From NCBI RefSeq assembly GCF_009914755.1, contig NC_060937.1: DNA of 64,000 nt. One strand, 5' to 3'. Both the position numbers and the translations under genes were made by a program. Shown here piece after piece: positions 57,567-64,000 of this stretch. Source of the DNA: the human T2T-CHM13v2.0 reference genome, Homo sapiens. Under the pieces are notes generated by a model that was given only the letters and a program-made list of their open reading frames with translations, was not told the origin of the DNA and did no database searches. Each line of letters starts with the position of its first letter. Position 1 is the first letter of the stretch.

Positions 57567-57899
57567 TGCCTGCTAAGTATTATGCAGAAAAAGGGTTGTA
57601 TGGAAGAGCAGGTTTTGAACATCAGTGAGGCTGGCTTGTTTTACAAGGAAGTTGGCAAATAAATCTACCTAACAGGGTGGCATCTCAGTTGACAAAAATG
57701 TTTCAGCCAGAAGCTCACAGGAACATAATCCTGTATTTCCTAGCATAGGAGCAGTGGTTCAGAATTTGCTAACTCAATGTCTGCTACAACCTTGTAGAAT
57801 ATAACTACCGTGACTAACAAGGATCACCCATACCTCCCTGTCATGCTGAAATCGGGCATGTCCATGCTTTCATCAATGAAATGGGAGCAGAGGGGACAT

Positions 57900-58140
57900 G
57901 TTTGATGTCCAGACAGAGTGTTCAGAGCACTATACCCTTCACTATGCCCTGTTTTCCATTAACCACATGGTTGTCTAGCAATGTTCTAGTCTACAGCTTC
58001 TCCATGAGCCAGAGCCTGGACAGAAGATGTCAGGGAGTAAATCAATGATGATCATGCCAGAGAGAGAGAACATGTGGTTTGGAGTCACTGAGATTTGGGG
58101 GGCCATTTTGATTACAACATAACCCAGGCTATCCTGATAG
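57900..58140 (+). mobile_element. Old MLT1 LTR fragment
   Basis: AGTCACTGAGATTTGGGGGCCATTTTGATTACAACATAACCCAGGCTATCCTGATA. Confidence 0.6.
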
Positions 58141-58169
58141 AGAAGGTTCCTGTATAATGCAGACAAAAC

Positions 58170-58900
58170 ATCATGTTGGCTTGGATGAAAATGTTAGCAG
58201 TGGAGGTGATGAAAAGTAATCAGATTCTGAGCGTTTTCTGAAGATCAAGCCAACAGGTTTTGAAAATGGATTGGATGGATGGCAGAAGAGTGAGGAGACA
58301 AGATTTTTGGCCTGAGCAACTAGAAGCTTTAAAGTTTCGTGTAATTGAGAAGAGGAATACTAGAAGAAGAACAGATCTGGGGAAGACACATAGTTAAGTT
58401 TGGAGCATGTAAAGTGTGATATTCTTGTTAGACATCCAAGTGGAAATATCAAACAGGAGTTAGAATGTAGGAGAGAGGTCGAGCTGGAGACTCGCATTTT
58501 AGAATCTTCAGGTTGCTGATGGTACTCAGAGCCATGCAATTAGATTTCATCATCAAAGGCATAAGTGTAGGCAGAAAAGAGAAGAGGTTCAAGGACTGAG
58601 TCCTAGATCATGCTGACATTCAGAGGTCAGGAAAAAAAAAAGAGGAACTAGCAAAGGCAGCTGGAGCCACGAAACATGAGACATGAGGAGAGAGCAGTGT
58701 TCTCAAAACCAAAGACAGTCTCTCGAGGAAGAAGCAGCACTCAACTGTGTCAAATGCTATGGACAATGGTCAAATAAAAACATGAGGCTCAGCTTTCAGA
58801 GTTAGCAGTGTGGAGGTCCTTGAACAGACAGTTTCAAAGGTGAACCTCATCCTAATAGATTCTTAAGAAAATAAGAGGGGTTAAATTAGAGAAAACACAA
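58170..58900 (-). mobile_element. L2 fragment
   Basis: TTTTGGCCTGAGCAACTAGAAG...AGACATCCAAGTGGAAATATC...CAACTGTGTCAAATGCT. Confidence 0.8.
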
Positions 58901-59137
58901 GTCAAAAATGCTCAAAGCTTAACCTTGTGCCATCTAGGAAGGGAGACAAGTTTACAGGGTCCAGCTCCAGTATCAAAAGCAGAGCAGAGAAGGTACATTT
59001 GAAGAGGAGAGGCAGGAAGCTGACAACTGGCACACTGCTCCATGGCATAAAAATATCTTAGAGAAACTTCCCAGTTTTAATTATCCGGACTGTAGTGCTA
59101 TACCAGCACTAAGTACAGCAAATAAATACAGTTTAGG

Positions 59138-59318
59138 TCAGTGTTCTCCAAACTTCCTGATGACAAGAATCACCCAGGATCTTTGTTTAAAACACAAATT
59201 ACGATGCATTTCTACTAGGGCTTCTGATTCCGTAGGTCTGAAGTGGAACCCAGGTAAACTGTATTTTTAACAAGAGTGCTGGGTGATTCAGATCTTTGGG
59301 CAGGTTTGGAGACACTAG
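59138..59318. mobile_element. MER5A/B
   Basis: CAGTGTTCTCCAAAC...AAGAATCACCCAGG...GTATTTTTAACAAG...GTTTGGAGACACT. Confidence 0.75.
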
Positions 59319-60166
59319 TTGAGGAAATATTTTTCTTAGTATTCAAGCAATAGATATCTGCATCTGATTTTAAAGTGTGTATGGGGTCTGCGTGTGCATA
59401 TGTAAATGTGAGTGTATTTTATATATTGTATACTGTATACACACACGCATATATTATGCAATTTTGTTAAACATTTTGTTTTAAAAAATATGTATACAAA
59501 ATCTTCAAGAAATCAATTAATAAAAAAGATTTTAATTATTTAATTTTTTATAAAGCCTCTTCTCTTTCCTTCCTACCTTCTCCTATTCCTTTTATATTCC
59601 CCAAAACACCTCCAAAACACCCCAAAACAGCTTTATGAATTCATTGGGAATTGGCTCATTCTAAATGAATACTTATAGTCAGTTTTAGAAGACTTCAGAG
59701 AATTCTGTCTGGAACCCCAATATGTGACCACCCCAGTTCACATGAATATACACACAAAGTGATTTTTATAACCAATTTTCTATTTGTCATTACTTTATAA
59801 AAGAAGAAAGAATAGTGCCTCAAGATCAGACATGTCTGTTGTTTAAAAAATTAGATTCTAGAAACAGTATAAATGTATCTGTCCATAAAATATTTGACAA
59901 ATTATAAAGTAAATTTTGATGATTTACCTCAAGAAAACAAGGTCCCTTTACTGTATGGCTAAGCTGATTTTTAAAAACATTTCTTGCAAACTAAGAAGTC
60001 CTCTTTTAAAAAAAATTGTGTACTTTAGTAAGTCTTAACTTGAGGTGGTGTAAATCTGACCAGTTTTGGTTTTGTTTATTGAGTCTCTACTACATACAGT
60101 CACATTTTACTAATAGCAAATAGCAAATAGTTATTAGCACTGTGGAAGCTATTTTTTCTCATGTAA

Positions 60167-60466
<300 letters not shown>

Positions 60467-61489
60467 TCATTTATACTCATATAACTTCCAAATTGATGAT
60501 AGAGGAAGCAGAGGCCTTGCTAAAGGTCAGGTAGCTAATTAGTGGCAGACCTAGACCTAGAAGACAAAACCCTTTATCTGCTGCCCAGATGCTTTTGCTA
60601 CCATATTGTTGGCTTCTCTTGTTCACTTCAGGATGTTCGGTATCATCATTGAGATTCGCCTTTAACTGGAATCTTAAACATGGCAAGTTTTTCTGACATT
60701 CCAAATGTGGGCAGATGGACAGGTTTTATGAAGTCCCACGCAGGTGCCACAATTGACAACAGCCCCAGTTAGGCAGGTCCAGGCATGAGCCTATCCAGTG
60801 AAGCACCACAGGGCAGGAACTACACCTTGGACAATGGCTTGTCTGATTTAATACATGTCTGCCATCCTCATGGTGATTTATTGTCATGGAATTCAGTGAG
60901 AGAATGTTTTTGCTGATTAATATACATCAGGAATTGAGGTGAAACAAAGTAAGTACTATATGCCCTGTTCTAGCAGAAGCTGCTTTAAGTAAGGGAAAAT
61001 TCCATATGATGTCAAATAAAAGTGTCAAATTTAAGGATACAAAGGAATCACCTGTCAACCCAAAAGCAGAAGCTGATTGGATCAGAAGCTCACTGTAAGC
61101 CCCCATCACACACTACATACCCATTTGCTTCTTCTCTGCCTCGGGTCAGGACTCTACTCCTGGTCTATCGTCTGTGGCCAGAAGGTAAGTGGGTTACATT
61201 CTTCCGGCCCACTTAGCAGGGACTGTGGGTTGAATGCCTCTAAGGATGGGAGTGGAACTTATATAAGCCATATACAGACATCTGACTTTGTCAGAACTAA
61301 AGTAAATGATGACCTTTATTACCCAAAAGGCTTATGTTTTGGAAACAACTGTACTTGCAAGAAAGGACCCATTTCCAGCTTCTCAAGAGATTTAAAAACA
61401 AACACATGGAGTTAAATAAACTGATATATCCAAACAAATTAATAGTACGCCTAATTAACAAGAAAGAATAAAATTCTACGTACGAATAT

Positions 61490-61645
61490 TCATCAGGAAG
61501 TATTGTGAAGCAAAAAACAAAGAAAAAAATAAAGTGCAGGACAGTGAGTATAGTATACTACAATTTGTGTAAAAAAGGAAAGAGGAAATATATGCATCAT
61601 ATTCTTTGTATGCATACGACATTTCTGGAAGGATACACAATTTAA
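61490..61645 (+). mobile_element. L1ME 3' fragment
   Basis: GTGCAGGACAGTGAGTATAGTATACTAC...TTTCTGGAAGGATACACAA. Confidence 0.55.
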
Positions 61646-62135
61646 GTCTAGAGAATTTTACACTCTTCAAGCTGCAATGTTTCTTGGGCATTCCTTTCTC
61701 TCTGTGATACTACAACACATAATGTTATCCTGTTTTTGTATTATTCTTTTTTTCTCACTCCTAAGAACACCAAGTAATAGAGTTAGAGAGACTATGCAAT
61801 CAGTAATTACCAAATAGTGTAAACATTTGATATTAAAATAAATTGGGCAAATGCACAAAGATTTGAGAACCTATTCTGAGTTAGAAGCAGTGTGAGACAT
61901 CACTGGGTATGGTAGAACACAATTCTTTGGCCAGGGAGGACATAGTGTAGTTCAACCACCATTTCTGAAGCACTCAAGTGCTAGGTGGTACACAGTTAGG
62001 AAGATAGGACTCTCAGATGACCTGGGGTAGTTTCTTCTATCCAGGGGGTTATCCATGAGTAGAGGCCTCCTACTGTCTGTCTAGCAGTTCACACAAGGTT
62101 ACTAACCATGGAGGGGGGGCACTTCCTGTTGTAGA

Positions 62136-62604
62136 TGATGCAGGACATGAGAGCACCAAAACTGGGAGGATTCTTGGCTTCCCTCAGGAAACAATTCAAG
62201 GGCAAGCCAGTCGTGTTAGCAACCTTTTACTGAACAGCACTGCTCCTTGCAGTGCACCCAGAGTGAGCAGCATATGGGCTCTTCGCAACTGGGTTTATAC
62301 TCACTTATACCCACTTACAATTGCATGCAAATTAAGGGGTGGGTTAATGCAAACTGAGGGTTGGGTTATTTAGAACTTTTTAGGGAAGGGGAGGTAACTT
62401 CCAGGTAGTTGCCACGGAAAAAGGTGTAGCTTTTGGGTTGCTGCCATGGCATTTGAGAACTGTCACGGCACTGGTGGGACTGTTTTATGTCAATGAGCAA
62501 TGAGGGCAGCGAGGGATCACTGTTGTCACCATCTGCTGGTTCCTACGGTTTCTTCACCTCATTCATTGGCACCAGGAAATAAGTCCTGCCAGTCCCCCAC
62601 CTCA
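62136..62604 (-). mobile_element. MER66-like ERV1 solo LTR
   Basis: TG...CA termini, AGGATTCTTGGCTTC...AATTCAAGGGCAAGCC, ends AAGTCCTGCCAGTCCCCCACCTCA; 4-bp TSD TAGA at 62132-62135 and 62605-62608. Confidence 0.8.
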
Positions 62605-62706
62605 TAGATACTCCATTACCAATGCTTCACTAGGGTGAAAACAAAGTGGACATCAGTGAGGCTGTGGGGGCAATCAGGACCATCCAAAAGTCCAAGTTAT
62701 TGTTCC

Positions 62707-63030
62707 TGCTATGGACTGCATATGTGTTCCTTTAAAATTCATGTGTTGAAACCTAATCCCCCAAAGTGATGGTATTTGAAGGTGGAGCCCTCAAGAATGG
62801 GATTAGCGCCCTTATAAAACAGGCCCCAGATACCTCCCTCACCCCTTCCCCTGTGAGGACACAGTAAAAAGACAGCTGTCTATGAACCAGAAGATGGGCC
62901 TTCACCAGACTGAGTCTGCAACTTGCTCTTGGATGTCCCAGCCTCCAAAACTGTGAGAAATGAATTTCTATTATTTACAAGCCACTCAGTTTACGGTATT
63001 TTGTTATAGCAGCCTGAATGGATGAAGACT
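62707..63030 (+). mobile_element. MLT1A-type solo LTR
   Basis: TGCTATGGACTG...AAATTCATGTGTTGAAACCTAATCCC...GTATTTTGTTATAGCAGCCTGAATGGATGAAGAC. Confidence 0.85.
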
Positions 63031-63375
63031 GTCCCCATGGGCACACGACAGAACTGTACTTTTCTGCCTCCTTGGACTTGGCCGCGGCCATGAAACCTGC
63101 TTTGGTTAATGAAATGTGAGCAGAAGTGATGGAAGGTCTGGAAGCTGATGCCTATTTCCCCATGTTCTTGTTTCTCCTGCCGTGGTGACCAGCTACATTC
63201 CAGACAGTGCAGCCTTTCAACCTGAATCCAAAGGTGTGACAGCTTGGAGCAGAGCTCTCAGCCAACCAGGAATGGAGATGCTGCAATGAGTAGACAAGGG
63301 CAATGTCTTTTAGCTCACCGGAATTTGGGCTTGTATTCTGCCACAGCATAGCCTGGACTATCCCTGATCAACACA
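63031..63375 (+). mobile_element. Older MLT1 (H/I-like) LTR fragment
   Basis: GCTTTGGTTAATGAAATGTGAGCAGAAGTGA...CACAGCATAGCCTGGACTATCCCTGA. Confidence 0.65.
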
Positions 63376-64000
63376 GAGGTCCTAAGAAGTTATTTACTGA
63401 AAATTCCAGTGAATGTCTCACAGCTGGAGAAGGCAACAAAGAGGAGCATAGAATTGGGCCTCGTGCCCAGGATTAAGCTTGCAGATGCAAGATGCTGCCC
63501 ACGAAGGGAAGCTCCCGCCTAAGCCCCCGCTCTGTGTTTCCCCGTACATACCATCTGCCCCACACAAATAATCAAGGCCATCTGCCACATAATTCTCTTA
63601 TGTCTTTAAACCTACAGTCTCTAGTGTCCTCTGGAGGTAAATGGATTCACTGTTCTGCCCAGTTTCTACTGGTTCTGCAGAGGGAAGGGTGAGCCTCTGG
63701 TCCCCAGGACAGCTGTTCAGAGCTGTTGGGGAGAAAGGGAGAAAAGGCAGCTCTGGTCCCACAGATGAGAGGAAAATGGTGAGAGATTTCACCATGTTTT
63801 GTGACATACGTGAAATTAAACACACCTCACCACTCCAAGTATTAATTTCCTGTCAAAAGCACCTATTTTTCCTATATGAAAAAATCACATTTCTCCTATT
63901 TACATAACATTGGCTCTTTTCTGTGTAAAGTAATAACCCTAGCCGTATAATGCTAAAAGTACATCTCCCCATCTCTGGCCTGGGAAGGCATTTTAAAAAA

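Larger units (their letters stand above)
55955..57830 (+). mobile_element. TcMar-Tigger relic (Tigger6/MER82-like), interrupted by an MST LTR and the OST4 retrocopy
   Basis: GTTCCTAAGCACAAGAAGACTATGATGTGCCCTTACGGAGAAAA...GGCATGAGTT; 3' part AGGAGCAGTGGTTCAGAATTTGCTAAC...ATAACTACCGTGAC. Confidence 0.75.

Overview
Primate (human-like) genomic DNA, AT-rich and dominated by interspersed repeats. It holds the 3' 2.2 kb of an L1PA3-like element, a near full-length L1PB element with target-site duplication (TSD), several old L1M, L2, MIR and CR1 fragments, about 15 Alu copies or fragments, solo LTRs (MER11A, MER66, MST/THE1, MLT1, LTR33), hAT and Tigger DNA-transposon relics, and a ~0.9 kb AT-rich palindromic array. 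I found no intact known protein-coding gene, RNA gene, CpG island or CRISPR array. The one recognisable gene-derived sequence is a processed pseudogene of the 37-aa OST4 at ~57.05-57.57 kb. The most interesting observations are: (1) three phase-compatible candidate minus-strand exons; (2) two locally templated insertions with microhomology or snap-back signatures; (3) a Charlie1 element split into oppositely oriented halves, suggesting an old ~4 kb inversion; (4) perfect AT-rich palindromes. I cannot support a wholly new biological system here. Repeat subfamily names come from recalled consensus sequences and boundaries of old repeats are approximate.
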